Assembly (NCBI GenBank): GCA_963931635.1
Contig: OZ007034.1
Coordinates: forward strand, 2,521,285 to 2,585,284
Origin: an uncultured Bacteroides sp.
GTDB taxonomy: Bacteria > Bacteroidota > Bacteroidia > Bacteroidales > UBA11471
Direction of reading: 5' to 3'
Length of the DNA stretch: 64,000 nucleotides
A program made the translations under genes and the position numbers. The stretch's first letter is position 1. Each line of letters opens with the position of its first letter. A model generated the notes under the pieces. That model ran no database searches. It saw only the letters and a list, made by a program, of their open reading frames with translations, and was not told the origin of the DNA. Below, one piece after another: positions 1-10,636 of the stretch.

Positions 1-447
1 TCTCAACTCATCGGCCTTGTCTGTGGGAACGTAAGTCACCAGTTTCAGAAGGCTGTGTGCGACAGGCAACAGCACCGAAAGGTTAAAAAGGCCCAGCATC
101 TCGGCCATCTTGAAGTTCACGCCATTCCAGGCATTATCCATATTGGTGTGACACGAATAGATGGCAATATCGTTTTTCAACGCCTTTATCAGGGTCTTCT
201 CTATATAATTGCTCCCGGTAAACGATTTCAACGGCTTGAACACGAGAGGGTGATGCGAGACAATGAGGTTGGTGCCTTTCGACAGGGCATCGTCGATGAC
301 TTCTTCGGTTACATCGACACACACCAATACAGCCCGCGCCTCCATGTCGCGCGCTCCCGTGAGCAACCCCGCATTGTCGTACGACTCTTGCAACGACAGC
401 GGAGCCACCTCTTCCAATGCTTGTATTATATCTCCTACCGTTACCAT
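1..447 (-). CDS. Nif3-like dinuclear metal centre protein (YbgI/YqfO family). N-terminal part only; the gene runs off the window at position 1.
   Basis: My own minus-strand translation from the ATG at 447 reads MVTVGDIIQALEEVAPLSLQESYDNAGLLTGARD...TNLIVSHHPLVFKPLKSFTG...IAIYSCHTNMDNAWNG, with no stop before position 1. It is absent from the ORF track because it is open-ended. It starts 9 nt after the aspS stop. Confidence 0.8.
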   Translation of the reverse strand, partial: MVTVGDIIQALEEVAPLSLQESYDNAGLLTGARDMEARAVLVCVDVTEEVIDDALSKGTNLIVSHHPLVFKPLKSFTGSNYIEKTLIKALKNDIAIYSCHTNMDNAWNGVNFKMAEMLGLFNLSVLLPVAHSLLKLVTYVPTDKADELR

Positions 448-455
448 CGTATTGG

Positions 456-2213
456 TTATTGGGGCAGCTCTACTTTGAGACTCAGTTCATCGAGTTGTTT
501 GGGATCAAGCACCGAGGGGGCATCGAGCATCACATCGCGACCACTGTTGTTTTTAGGGAATGCAATACAATCGCGGATACTGTCGAGGCCGGCAAAGATG
601 CTCACCCAACGGTCGAGGCCATAGGCCAAACCTCCGTGAGGGGGAGCTCCATATTTAAAGGCGTTCATCAGGAAGCCAAACTGCTCTTGTGCCCGTTCAG
701 GGGTAAATCCTAAAATCTCAAACATCTTGGCCTGTAACTGGGCATCGTGTATACGGATGGAACCGCCACCTACTTCGATACCGTTGCACACCATATCGTA
801 GGCATCGGCACGGACGGCTTCGGGGTTGGTATCCAGCAAGGGTATATCTTCGTCTTTGGGGTGGGTAAAGGGGTGATGCATGGCCATCAGACGGTTTTCT
901 TCGTCGCTCCACTCAAACATGGGGAAATCGACAACCCACAGCAAGGCAAACTTGTTCTTGTCGCGCAGCCCCAGCTGGTTACCCATTTCGAGACGAAGTT
1001 CGCTCAACTGCTTACGGGTCTTCATGGCATCGTCGCCACTGAGAATAAGTATCAAATCGCCCGGTTTGGCTCCGAACGCTTCCTTCATCTTTTGCAGCAC
1101 CTCCTGCGAATAGAATTTATCGACACTCGATTTTACGGTACCGTCGGTTTCGATACGGGCATATACCATACCCTTGGCTCCGATTTGCGGACGTTTTACA
1201 TACTCGGTAAGGGCGTCGAGCTGCTTGCGGGTATAGTGGGCAGCGCCTTCGGCACAGATACCACCAATGTAAACGGCATTGTCGAAGACGGCAAAACCGT
1301 ATCCTTTCATGATATCCATCAGTTCGACAAACTTCATGCCAAACCGCAAATCTGGCTTGTCACTACCGTAATATTTCATGGCATCGGCCCAAGGCATACG
1401 CATGAAAGGCTCGGTCAGTTCCACACCGCGAATGACTTTAAACAAGTATTTGGCCATTCCCTCGAAGAGATTGATAACATCGTCCTGCTCGACAAACGAC
1501 ATTTCGCAATCGATCTGCGTAAACTCGGGCTGACGGTCGGCTCTCAAATCTTCGTCGCGGAAACATTTGGCAATCTGGAAGTAGCGGTCAAATCCCGATA
1601 CCATCAACAACTGCTTCAAGGTCTGCGGACTTTGAGGCAGAGCATAGAACTGTCCGGGATTCATGCGCGAAGGCACGACAAAGTCGCGGGCACCTTCGGG
1701 TGTAGAGCCTACCAGTATGGGGGTTTCTACCTCGATAAAACCATGCTCGTCGAGATATTTACGCACCTCAATGGTCATTTTATGGCGCAATTCCAGATTC
1801 TTGCGTACAGCCGTACGGCGCAAGTCGAGGTAACGATACTTCATGCGAATATCGTCGCCACCATCGGTATTGTCTTCGATGGTAAAGGGGGGCGTCAACG
1901 CCGTATTGAGCACATTCAGTTCGGTAACGATAATTTCTATTTCGCCGGTGGGCATATTGGGATTCTTGCTGAATCGTTCATTTACCTTTCCGCTCACCTG
2001 AATGACATACTCGCGGCCCAAGCGATTGGCCCGATCGCACAACTCGGCATTCTCCTCTTCGTTGAAAACCAACTGTGTGATGCCGTAGCGGTCGCGCAAG
2101 TCAACAAATGTCATACCACCCATCTTGCGGATACGCTGCACCCACCCGGCCAATGTAACAACACTGCCGGCATCGCTCAATCGCAACTCTCCGCACGTTT
2201 TTGTTCTGTACAT
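456..2213 (-). CDS. aspS: Aspartate--tRNA ligase
   Basis: 585-aa ORF. N-terminal OB fold [44 protein letters not shown]. Class II motifs [26 protein letters not shown] and [13 protein letters not shown]. Confidence 0.97.
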   Translation of the reverse strand: MYRTKTCGELRLSDAGSVVTLAGWVQRIRKMGGMTFVDLRDRYGITQLVFNEEENAELCDRANRLGREYVIQVSGKVNERFSKNPNMPTGEIEIIVTELNVLNTALTPPFTIEDNTDGGDDIRMKYRYLDLRRTAVRKNLELRHKMTIEVRKYLDEHGFIEVETPILVGSTPEGARDFVVPSRMNPGQFYALPQSPQTLKQLLMVSGFDRYFQIAKCFRDEDLRADRQPEFTQIDCEMSFVEQDDVINLFEGMAKYLFKVIRGVELTEPFMRMPWADAMKYYGSDKPDLRFGMKFVELMDIMKGYGFAVFDNAVYIGGICAEGAAHYTRKQLDALTEYVKRPQIGAKGMVYARIETDGTVKSSVDKFYSQEVLQKMKEAFGAKPGDLILILSGDDAMKTRKQLSELRLEMGNQLGLRDKNKFALLWVVDFPMFEWSDEENRLMAMHHPFTHPKDEDIPLLDTNPEAVRADAYDMVCNGIEVGGGSIRIHDAQLQAKMFEILGFTPERAQEQFGFLMNAFKYGAPPHGGLAYGLDRWVSIFAGLDSIRDCIAFPKNNSGRDVMLDAPSVLDPKQLDELSLKVELPQ

Positions 2214-2292
2214 ATTTTTCTTGTTTTATTTGTCTTTGTCAAAACAAGTGCCCGGGTTTTGCCCATAGGACGAGACTCAGGCACAAGTTGCG

Positions 2293-2300
2293 CAAAGGTA
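2293..2300 (-). promoter_or_regulatory. Bacteroidetes-type -7 box (TAnnTTTG) upstream of aspS
   Basis: Plus strand reads caaaggta, which is TACCTTTG on the minus strand. It lies about 80 nt upstream of the aspS ATG and is preceded by an A8 tract. Confidence 0.4.
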
Positions 2301-2417
2301 ATTTTTTTTACATGAATTACCAAGAGCAGGGCAAAATTGTAGTCAGTTTTTCGCGCATCACCCCTTTGCCGTCACGCTGTACCGCGAGGAAAACTCACTG
2401 ACCGGCACAACGCCATG

Positions 2418-4673
2418 TCAACGGGTCTTTATATCGCTCCACGCCGGTGGATTTACCCCCATGAGATGACGGACAAAAAAGTCGTAACGCTTGTGTTCTC
2501 CGAAACGCTCGCCCATCGTATGACCGACACCGGGTATGACAACCAGTTCAAAATCCTTACCGGCCTTTATCAGCGCATCGACCACCTGCATCGTCGACGC
2601 AGGGTCGACATTGTCATCGAGTTCTCCGACCAGCAGCATCAGAGGGCGTCTCAACAGATGGGCGTTTTCGACATTGGAGCAAGCCCGGTACGACTCATCG
2701 ACAGGGTAACCCATCCATTGCTCGTTCCACCAGATTTTATCCATACGGTTGTCGTGGCATCCGCAGGCCGAATAGGCCGCCTTGTAAAAATCGGGATAGA
2801 ACAGCAGTGCCGACAGGGCCTCCTGCCCTCCTGCCGAGCAGCCAAAGATGCCCACTCGGCTTGTATCGATACTCGGATACTTCTTGGCCGCAGCCCTTAT
2901 CCAGGCCATGTGGTCGGGCAGGCCGGCGTCTTTCAGATTCTTATAGCACACCTCCTCAAAACTTTTGGAACGGAACGAGGTGGTCATGCCATCGACTTGC
3001 ACGACTATAAAACCCAACTCGGCGAGTGAAGACATGAACCAGTTGTAGGGGGCAAAACTCTTGGGTACATATTGGTCGCCCGGCCCCGAATAGATATACT
3101 CGACTACCGGATATGAGCGGGTCTCGTCAAAATCGGACGGGCGATAGATAATCCCCCACATATCGGTTGTACCGTCTCGCCCCTTCGCGGCAAAAACTTC
3201 GGGGGCCCGCCACCCCTCGGCCAACAAGCGTGATATGTCGGCACGTTCCAGATCCATGACGACACGCCCGTCTGTGGCATCGCGCAACACAGCTACCGGA
3301 GCCACATCGACCTGAGAATAGACATCGACAAGATAGGTAAAATCGGGCGAGTACCATACGCGATGCATACCCTCTTCGGGGGTAAGAGCCACAAGATTGC
3401 TACCATCGAAATCGATGCGATAATAGTGTATCAGATAAGGGTCTTCCTGCGTGTTCATGCCGTTGGCCGAAAAATAAATCTGCTGTTTCTTTTCATCGAC
3501 ATGCTGTACTCCACGCACATACCAGGCCCCCTTGGTTATCTGGCGGACCGGCTTACGACTGCGACGGTCGTAGAGGTAGAGATGGTTGTAATTGTCCCAT
3601 TCGCTCGACCAGATGATGCGCCGGCCGTCTTGCAGGTGATGACGGTATATGCGGGTGTAGTTGACATATTTCTCCTCTTGCTCTTCAATAAGCGTTTTTA
3701 CTTCACCGGTTACAGCCGAAAATTCCAACAGGCGATAGACCTTATGGCCCCGCTCGTTATACTCAAACGTGACTGTGCGGCTGTCGCTATTCCAACGCAA
3801 TCTCGACACCTCGTAAGGGGTTGAAAACAGTGCGGTCGACGGGCAAAACACACGACCGGTCTCTACCTCGAATATACGGGGTTCCTTATAGGGCAACTCA
3901 TCGCCCGGCTTGGCATATTCCTGCCGGTGAAGCCGGGGTTGCAACTGATTCTCGGGCGACGACTCCACATAATAAATATACCGCTTCTCTGCCACGGGAC
4001 GTATGCGGTACACCGCGATTTTCCGTGAATCGGGCGACCACAGAATGTGAGACGAATAGTAATTGCCCGGCGTACCGTCGATACTCAACGGCCGCTCGTC
4101 GCCTTGGCTCCGCTCACGCACATAGAGGTTGGAATCTTTAATATAGGCCACATATTTCCCGTCGGGCGACACGACCGCTCCTCCCCTTTTCTCGTCGTCG
4201 GTCTCGGACCAGTAACGTTTCTCTCTCCGAACCTGATTGGCTGCCCGGCCATTGCACGAGAGGCGATTACCGGGTATGTCATAACACCACCGCCGACCGT
4301 CGTACTCAAACCACAACGTGTCGGCTTTGCCGCTTACCCGGCACCGCTGCAAATAAAGTTTCCGGTCATCGAGCATGCAACCCGACTCGGCCGACAACTT
4401 TTCCGCCAGAGCTTCGTGATTAAAAAGAGGCGTGCGTGTACACCGACGGGCATCGACTTTTACATACCGATTGCCATCGGGTGTATGGCGGACATACCAG
4501 AACACCTCACTCCCGGAGAGCCACACAGGCTCGACCCTGTCGTAATAAACCTTACCACTGTATTTCGATGCCAAGGCATAGGCCCGATTATAGGCATCAA
4601 CCAGCGTTTGCGCTCCGGCCGGAGCAGTAGCGAGCGCCAGACTCGCCGCTAACAGTATTTTTCTCAGAATCAT
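2418..4673 (-). CDS. S9-family serine peptidase, DPP-IV-like (secreted/periplasmic)
   Basis: 751 aa. Signal peptide MILRKILLAASLALATAPAGAQ. Long beta-propeller-like N-terminal region. C-terminal alpha/beta hydrolase with nucleophile elbow FGCSAGGQ, acid GELDDNVDP and His PGVGHT. Confidence 0.88.
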   Translation of the reverse strand: MILRKILLAASLALATAPAGAQTLVDAYNRAYALASKYSGKVYYDRVEPVWLSGSEVFWYVRHTPDGNRYVKVDARRCTRTPLFNHEALAEKLSAESGCMLDDRKLYLQRCRVSGKADTLWFEYDGRRWCYDIPGNRLSCNGRAANQVRREKRYWSETDDEKRGGAVVSPDGKYVAYIKDSNLYVRERSQGDERPLSIDGTPGNYYSSHILWSPDSRKIAVYRIRPVAEKRYIYYVESSPENQLQPRLHRQEYAKPGDELPYKEPRIFEVETGRVFCPSTALFSTPYEVSRLRWNSDSRTVTFEYNERGHKVYRLLEFSAVTGEVKTLIEEQEEKYVNYTRIYRHHLQDGRRIIWSSEWDNYNHLYLYDRRSRKPVRQITKGAWYVRGVQHVDEKKQQIYFSANGMNTQEDPYLIHYYRIDFDGSNLVALTPEEGMHRVWYSPDFTYLVDVYSQVDVAPVAVLRDATDGRVVMDLERADISRLLAEGWRAPEVFAAKGRDGTTDMWGIIYRPSDFDETRSYPVVEYIYSGPGDQYVPKSFAPYNWFMSSLAELGFIVVQVDGMTTSFRSKSFEEVCYKNLKDAGLPDHMAWIRAAAKKYPSIDTSRVGIFGCSAGGQEALSALLFYPDFYKAAYSACGCHDNRMDKIWWNEQWMGYPVDESYRACSNVENAHLLRRPLMLLVGELDDNVDPASTMQVVDALIKAGKDFELVVIPGVGHTMGERFGEHKRYDFFVRHLMGVNPPAWSDIKTR

Positions 4674-4715
4674 ATATTTGAGATTTCAATCAAACACTAT
4701 TCCATATATATTTCG

Positions 4716-4723
4716 CAAAAGTA
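4716..4723 (-). promoter_or_regulatory. -7 box (TAnnTTTG) for the S9 peptidase gene
   Basis: Plus strand reads caaaagta, which is TACTTTTG on the minus strand, about 43 nt upstream of the ATG at 4673. Confidence 0.4.
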
Positions 4724-4782
4724 ACAATTTGATTTCAGAAAACGTATCGAGTAGGGTACTTCATATATTAGATGTTTTTTCT

Positions 4783-4790
4783 TATCTTTG
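4783..4790 (+). promoter_or_regulatory. -7 box (TAnnTTTG) for ileS
   Basis: tatctttg on the plus strand, 38 nt upstream of the ileS ATG at 4828. Confidence 0.5.
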
Positions 4791-4827
4791 CAACCACTTA
4801 TAATACGTCTAATTTTTCTGACAAGAC

Positions 4828-7800
4828 ATGGACAAGAAGTTTTCCGAATATTCCCATTTTGATTTATCGGCGATAAATAAAGAGGTATTGAAAAAATGGG
4901 ACGAAGAGCAGGTTTTCCACAAAAGCGTGGAGATACGCGAAGGCGCACCCTCGTTTGTTTTCTATGAAGGCCCACCATCGGCCAACGGCATGCCCGGCAT
5001 ACATCACGTCATGGCACGTTCGATCAAGGATATTTTCTGCCGTTACAAAACCATGAAGGGCTTTCAGGTAATGCGCAAAGCCGGTTGGGACACTCACGGG
5101 CTTCCCGTAGAATTGGGAGTAGAAAAAGCTTTAGGTATCACCAAGGAAGATATCGGGAAAAAGATTTCGGTCGAAGAATACAATGCAGCTTGCCGCAAAG
5201 ATGTGATGAAATACACCAAAGAGTGGGAAGACCTTACCCACAAAATGGGATACTGGGTCGACATGAAAAATCCCTACATCACCTACGACAACCGTTATAT
5301 CGAGACACTGTGGTGGCTGCTCAAACAACTCTATAACAAAGGCCTTCTCTACAAGGGATATACCATTCAGCCTTACTCTCCGGCTGCCGGTACAGGCCTC
5401 AGTTCCCACGAACTGAACCAACCGGGTTGCTACCGCGACGTCAAAGACACCACAGTCGTTGCCCAGTTCAAGATGAAGAATCCGCGTCCCGAAATGGCCC
5501 AATGGGGTACCCCCTATTTTATTGCCTGGACCACGACTCCGTGGACACTCCCTTCGAATACGGCCCTCTGCGTCGGCCCTAAAATCGACTATGTAGCCGT
5601 ACAGTCCTACAACGGATATACCGGCGAACCCATCACCGTCGTACTGGCCAAGGCCCTGCTCAACAGCCACTTTAATCCCAAAGCGGCCGATCTCGACCTC
5701 GACTCCTATAAACCGGGTGACAAACTCATTCCCTACAAAGTGGTAGGCGAATACAAAGGCTCCGACCTCGTAGGCATGGAATATGAGCAGCTCATTCCTT
5801 GGGTAAAACCCATCGATGTCGATAAGGATGGCAACTGGACTCCAAGCGACCGGGCCTTCCGTGTGATTCCCGGCGACTACGTTACCACCGACGACGGTAC
5901 CGGTATCGTACACATCGCCCCCACATTCGGTGCCGACGACGCCCAGGTGGCCAAGGCCGCTGGCATTCCCTCGCTGTTCATGATTAACAAAAAGGGAGAA
6001 ACCCGTCCGATGGTCGACTTGACCGGTAAATTCTATCTGCTTGTCGAGCTCGACGAGACATTTGTACAAAAATGTGTCGACGTCGAAAAATATACTCCAT
6101 ACCAAGGAGCATGGGTCAAGAATGCCTACGATCCACGCTTTACCATCAACGGGAAATACGACGAAAAGGCCGCTCAGGCAGCCGAGTCGCTCGACATCGT
6201 CATCTGCATGATGATGAAACAGGGAAATCAGGCTTTCAAAATCGAGAAACACACCCACAACTATCCGCACTGCTGGCGCACCGACAAGCCGGTGCTGTAC
6301 TACCCGCTCGACAGCTGGTTTATCCGCTCGACAGCCTGCAAGGAGCGCATGATAGAGCTGAACAAGACCATCAACTGGAAACCCGAATCGACCGGCTCGG
6401 GACGGTTTGGCAAATGGCTCGAAAACCTGAACGACTGGAACCTGAGCCGCTCGCGCTACTGGGGCACACCGCTGCCTATCTGGCGGTCGGAAGAGGGTGA
6501 AGAAAAATGTATCGGATCGCTCGAAGAACTCTATCAAGAGATAGAAAAATCGATAGCCGCCGGCTATATGAAAGCCAATCCTTATAAGGAGAAAGGTTTC
6601 GTTCCCGGAATTTATACCGCTGAGAACTACGACAAAATCGATTTGCACCGTCCCTATGTCGACGACATCATACTCGTATCGGAGAGCGGCAAACCCATGA
6701 AACGCGAGAGCGACCTTATCGACGTATGGTTCGACTCGGGTTCGATGCCCTACGCGCAGATACACTATCCGTTCGAGAACAAGGAGTTGCTCGACAGCGG
6801 CAAAGTATACCCGGCCGATTTCATCGCCGAAGGTGTCGACCAGACTCGCGGCTGGTTCTTCACCCTGCATGCCATCGCCTCGATGATTTTCGACAAAGTG
6901 GCCTACAAAACCGTTATCTCCAACGGTCTGGTTCTCGACAAGAACGGAAACAAGATGTCAAAACGACTCGGCAATGCCGTCGATCCCTTCTCGGCCATTG
7001 AGAAATATGGCTCCGACCCTCTGCGCTGGTATATGATTACCAACTCTTCGCCGTGGGACAACCTCAAATTCGACCTCGACGGAGTAGAAGAAGTACGGCG
7101 AAAATTCTTCGGGACACTCTACAACACCTACTCGTTCTTTGCCCTCTATGCCAATGTCGACGGATTTACTTTCGCCGAGCCCGAAATTCCGATAGCGCAA
7201 CGGCCCGAAATTGACCGGTGGATTATCTCCCTGCTCCATTCGCTGATAAAGGAGGTAGACGGCTATTACAACGATTATGAACCCACCCGTGCCGGACGTG
7301 CCATCTCCGACTTTGTCAACGACAACCTCAGTAACTGGTATGTTCGCCTCAACCGCAAACGTTTCTGGGGTGGAAATATGGACAACGACAAACTCTCGGC
7401 CTACCAGACACTCTACACCTGCCTCGAAACGGTAGCTGCTCTCATGGCCCCCATCGCTCCGTTCTTTGCCGACAGACTCTATACCGACCTTACATACGTA
7501 ACCGGACGTGCCAGCCAGTCGGTACACCTCAGCGACTTCCCCCGCGCCGACGAGTCGGTCATCGACAAAGCTCTCGAAGAGCGCATGAAAGATGCCCAAG
7601 ACATCACCTCTATGGTGTTGGCTCTGCGACGTAAAGTAAACATCAAGGTGCGCCAACCGCTCACGACTCTCATGATTCCTGTCATCGATGCCAAACAGCA
7701 ACAAGACATCGAGTCGGTCAAAGAACTTGTTCTGAATGAAGTCAACGTCAAAGAAATGCTGTTTGCCGACAATGCCGCAGGTATTCTGGTAAAACGCGTA

Positions 7801-8313
7801 AAACCCGATTTCAAAAAATTAGGCCCGCGTTACGGAAAGATTATGAAGCAATTAGCTTCAAAAATAGCGACCATGTCGCAAGACGACATATTACGGTTTG
7901 AGAAAGAAGGCAAATTCACCTTCGACATCGACGGTCAACAAGCTGTCGTTGAAACCGGTGATGTGGAAATCATCTCCGAAGATATTCCCGGATGGTTGGT
8001 TGCCAACGAAGGCCGACTTACCGTAGCTCTCGACATCACCGTCACCGAAGAGTTGCGTCGCGAAGGTATTGCCAGAGAATTAGTAAACCGCATACAGAAT
8101 ATCCGTAAGTCGAGCGGATTCGACATCACCGACAAAATCCATGTACAACTCACGCGGAACGATGAGACCGACCCTGCCGTAGAGGAATACAAAGATTACA
8201 TCGCAAAACAGGTTCTTGCCGAAAGCATTACTTTATGCGACACGCTAGACTCTGCCGGTGCCGAACTCGATTTTGAGACCTTCACCATACAAGCAGCCAT
8301 AAAAAAAGCCTAA
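4828..8313 (+). CDS. ileS: Isoleucine--tRNA ligase (long, type-2 form)
   Basis: 1161 aa. HIGH-type motif PSANGMPGIHHVMAR and KMSKS motif KMSKRLGN. Editing and anticodon-binding regions are colinear with IleRS. Confidence 0.97.
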   Translation: MDKKFSEYSHFDLSAINKEVLKKWDEEQVFHKSVEIREGAPSFVFYEGPPSANGMPGIHHVMARSIKDIFCRYKTMKGFQVMRKAGWDTHGLPVELGVEKALGITKEDIGKKISVEEYNAACRKDVMKYTKEWEDLTHKMGYWVDMKNPYITYDNRYIETLWWLLKQLYNKGLLYKGYTIQPYSPAAGTGLSSHELNQPGCYRDVKDTTVVAQFKMKNPRPEMAQWGTPYFIAWTTTPWTLPSNTALCVGPKIDYVAVQSYNGYTGEPITVVLAKALLNSHFNPKAADLDLDSYKPGDKLIPYKVVGEYKGSDLVGMEYEQLIPWVKPIDVDKDGNWTPSDRAFRVIPGDYVTTDDGTGIVHIAPTFGADDAQVAKAAGIPSLFMINKKGETRPMVDLTGKFYLLVELDETFVQKCVDVEKYTPYQGAWVKNAYDPRFTINGKYDEKAAQAAESLDIVICMMMKQGNQAFKIEKHTHNYPHCWRTDKPVLYYPLDSWFIRSTACKERMIELNKTINWKPESTGSGRFGKWLENLNDWNLSRSRYWGTPLPIWRSEEGEEKCIGSLEELYQEIEKSIAAGYMKANPYKEKGFVPGIYTAENYDKIDLHRPYVDDIILVSESGKPMKRESDLIDVWFDSGSMPYAQIHYPFENKELLDSGKVYPADFIAEGVDQTRGWFFTLHAIASMIFDKVAYKTVISNGLVLDKNGNKMSKRLGNAVDPFSAIEKYGSDPLRWYMITNSSPWDNLKFDLDGVEEVRRKFFGTLYNTYSFFALYANVDGFTFAEPEIPIAQRPEIDRWIISLLHSLIKEVDGYYNDYEPTRAGRAISDFVNDNLSNWYVRLNRKRFWGGNMDNDKLSAYQTLYTCLETVAALMAPIAPFFADRLYTDLTYVTGRASQSVHLSDFPRADESVIDKALEERMKDAQDITSMVLALRRKVNIKVRQPLTTLMIPVIDAKQQQDIESVKELVLNEVNVKEMLFADNAAGILVKRVKPDFKKLGPRYGKIMKQLASKIATMSQDDILRFEKEGKFTFDIDGQQAVVETGDVEIISEDIPGWLVANEGRLTVALDITVTEELRREGIARELVNRIQNIRKSSGFDITDKIHVQLTRNDETDPAVEEYKDYIAKQVLAESITLCDTLDSAGAELDFETFTIQAAIKKA

Positions 8314-8320
8314 TCTTGAT

Positions 8321-8360
8321 TTTGCCCCGTATTATTTTGTAATATGGGGCAAATCTTTTT
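8321..8360 (+). terminator. Rho-independent terminator after ileS
   Basis: Stem tttgcccc (8321-8328) pairs with ggggcaaa (8346-8353). It is followed by tcttttt. Confidence 0.6.
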
Positions 8361-8399
8361 ACCTTCGCAACGAAAAATAAAAACCAAATAAATCTAATC

Positions 8400-8777
8400 A
8401 TGGGAAAGAAAACACGTTATTCCGACGCTGAATTGGAAGAATTTCGCGCTATTATTCAGGAAAAACTCGAAAAAGCATATAAAGACTATGAATTGTTGAA
8501 GGCTTCGGTCATGAACGCCGACGGTAACGATACCAGCGACACCTCCCCTACGTTCAAGGTTCTGGAAGAGGGTGCTACCACATTGTCGAAAGAGGAAGCC
8601 GGACAACTGGCCCAGAGACAAATGAAATTCATACAGCACCTGCAAGCCGCGCTGGTACGCATCGAAAACAAGACCTACGGCATCTGCCGCGAAACGGGCG
8701 AACTGATACCGAAAGAGCGTCTCTATGCCGTGCCTCACGCCACGCTGAGTATCAACGCGAAGAAAGAACAGAAATGA
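8400..8777 (+). CDS. DksA/TraR-family regulator
   Basis: 125 aa. Coiled-coil N-terminal part, with C-terminal ENKTYGICRETGELIPKERLYAVPHATLSINAK typical of the TraR/DksA C4-type region (Cys partly lost). Its position between ileS and lspA is the one I recall from other Bacteroidales. Confidence 0.8.
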   Translation: MGKKTRYSDAELEEFRAIIQEKLEKAYKDYELLKASVMNADGNDTSDTSPTFKVLEEGATTLSKEEAGQLAQRQMKFIQHLQAALVRIENKTYGICRETGELIPKERLYAVPHATLSINAKKEQK

Positions 8778-9406
8778 CAAAACGGCAAATTGCACTTATC
8801 TCCATATTTTTGATACTGGTCGTCGATCAGATATCAAAAATATGGATTAAGACTCATTTTACGCTGGGCGAATCCATCACGGTATTTCCGTGGTTTCGTA
8901 TTCTATTCGTCGAGAATAACGGAATGGCATTCGGTATCGAGCTTTTCGGGAAATTGTTTCTCAGCCTGTTCAGAGTTGCAGCCATTGCCGTAATCGGGTA
9001 CTATCTATACAAACTCACCCGCCTGAGCCACTACAAAAAAGGATTTGTAATCTGTATATCTCTCATTTTTGCCGGAGCACTGGGCAATATCATCGACTCT
9101 CTCTTTTATGGCCTGATATTCAGCGAATCGACTTACTACACAGTCGCCTCGTTCATGCCCGAAGGTGGCGGATATGCCCCGTTTTTATACGGTAAAGTTG
9201 TGGATATGCTCTACTTTCCGATGTTCGGATTCTACTGGCCGGAGTGGGTACCGTTTATCGGCGGCGAATACTTTGAATTCTTTCACCCGATATTCAATAT
9301 CGCCGACTCTTCCATTTCGATAGGAGTCATCATTCTTTTGTTGTTTTACAGGCACACTTTCACGTCGTCTCTATCAGAGATGTTCCCTTCGAAATCATCT
9401 AAATAA
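8774..9406 (+). CDS. lspA: Lipoprotein signal peptidase II
   Basis: 210 aa, polytopic. Motifs FVENNGMAFG, GALGNIIDS and FNIADSSISIG. Start overlaps the previous stop (ATGA). Confidence 0.9.
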   Translation: MTKRQIALISIFLILVVDQISKIWIKTHFTLGESITVFPWFRILFVENNGMAFGIELFGKLFLSLFRVAAIAVIGYYLYKLTRLSHYKKGFVICISLIFAGALGNIIDSLFYGLIFSESTYYTVASFMPEGGGYAPFLYGKVVDMLYFPMFGFYWPEWVPFIGGEYFEFFHPIFNIADSSISIGVIILLLFYRHTFTSSLSEMFPSKSSK

Positions 9407-9413
9407 ACTTCAA

Positions 9414-10193
9414 ATGTTCAAGGTAAGGCACACATTATACGTTGGAATATGTTTCTTGCTCTTCATCACGTCGGCATGTGAACAGACACCATCGTATATT
9501 ATTGCCCCGGAACAAATGGAAACCCTCCTCGTCGACATACATAAAGCCGAAGCCATATCCGACAACATACCCCAATACTCCACCAGCGAAGCCAAAGAGC
9601 AATTGCAGCAATCTGTATTCGACCGCCACGACGTAACCCAGGCCCAGTTTGACACTTCGTTAATTTGGTACAGCGAACACATGACCAAATATTCTCAGAT
9701 ATACGAACGAGTTACTGCCCGACTGAAAGAAGAAGACGATGCCGTAAAGACACTCCTTGTGGAACAGAAAAGTTCGCCGCTTACCCGACCGGGCGACTCC
9801 ATTGACGTATGGAACAAAGACCCCTATTTCATGTTTGAGCCGCGGCTGTATCGCCACGTCCTCCTCTTCAATATATTGGCCGACGACAATTTCCGCGAAG
9901 ATGATCATTTCTTGCTCTCGGTCAATTTTTCCCAACTTCCCAAAGGCACTGTCGACAAGGCCCGTCTCACTCTGGTCATAAAACATCGCAATGATTCAAT
10001 CTATACTGTCACAAAAGAGGTTTCACACGACGGTCTTATTACCATAGAGGCTCAGGCACAACACGACCGTGTAACTCGTGTCATGGGGAGCATAGAGGTA
10101 CCGCTGCACCCTATGTGGCAAGAGAGTTATGCCGATGACATATCTTTATTGCGCATTCGTCACAAAAATCGTCCGAACCTACTTCGTCCATGA
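9414..10193 (+). CDS. Lipoprotein, DUF4296-like (family recalled from memory, not verified)
   Basis: 259 aa. Lipobox LFITSAC. The segment APEQMETLLVDIHKAEA resembles the DUF4296 genes found downstream of lspA in Bacteroides. Confidence 0.6.
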   Translation: MFKVRHTLYVGICFLLFITSACEQTPSYIIAPEQMETLLVDIHKAEAISDNIPQYSTSEAKEQLQQSVFDRHDVTQAQFDTSLIWYSEHMTKYSQIYERVTARLKEEDDAVKTLLVEQKSSPLTRPGDSIDVWNKDPYFMFEPRLYRHVLLFNILADDNFREDDHFLLSVNFSQLPKGTVDKARLTLVIKHRNDSIYTVTKEVSHDGLITIEAQAQHDRVTRVMGSIEVPLHPMWQESYADDISLLRIRHKNRPNLLRP

Positions 10194-10555
10194 CGGCCTA
10201 CACCTATTTATCTCATTTTGTCTGTTGGGAAAAAGGCGTATCCCGCCTTCATTTGGTACACGTCGATGCTGACAGTCATTCAGTGACGGTCAAGCCCTAT
10301 GATAGAGAATGTGCCGATACGCGCTTTTGTGACGGACTGTTGCTAGTCGCCAACGCAGCATTTGAAACCGAAAAAGCCTCGCTCATTGCCCAGATAAAAT
10401 CAAAGAGCCTCTTTACCCTACCCCAACTGGCTGACTATTTTTCTCGCACGGCACTTCATAATCGTTACTGCACCCGACCCGCAATCAGATTATATACCCT
10501 TATTCCGCAACAGCAAAAGCAAGAAATTTCCGTACAAGAAATATTACGGTTATAA
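10190..10555 (+). CDS. Hypothetical protein (121 aa)
   Basis: ATGA start/stop overlap with the upstream gene suggests translational coupling. I recognise no motif. Confidence 0.45.
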   Translation: MTAYTYLSHFVCWEKGVSRLHLVHVDADSHSVTVKPYDRECADTRFCDGLLLVANAAFETEKASLIAQIKSKSLFTLPQLADYFSRTALHNRYCTRPAIRLYTLIPQQQKQEISVQEILRL

Positions 10556-10636
10556 TCTTGTTCCTATTTTTCATTGTCTTCTCCGAATAAAAAATATTTT
10601 CTTATCTTCGTAGAGAAAAAATTAAACTCAAATGCC

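Noticed and set aside
747-2315. 522-aa plus-strand ORF covering almost all of aspS
   Set aside because: It is antisense to a clearly identified AspRS gene. Its translation is low-complexity with no recognisable motif. It is a typical shadow ORF.
5131-6870. 579-aa minus-strand ORF inside ileS, plus 6958-7704 and 7479-7814
   Set aside because: They are antisense to IleRS, with no motifs, signal peptide or promoter context. Shadow ORFs.
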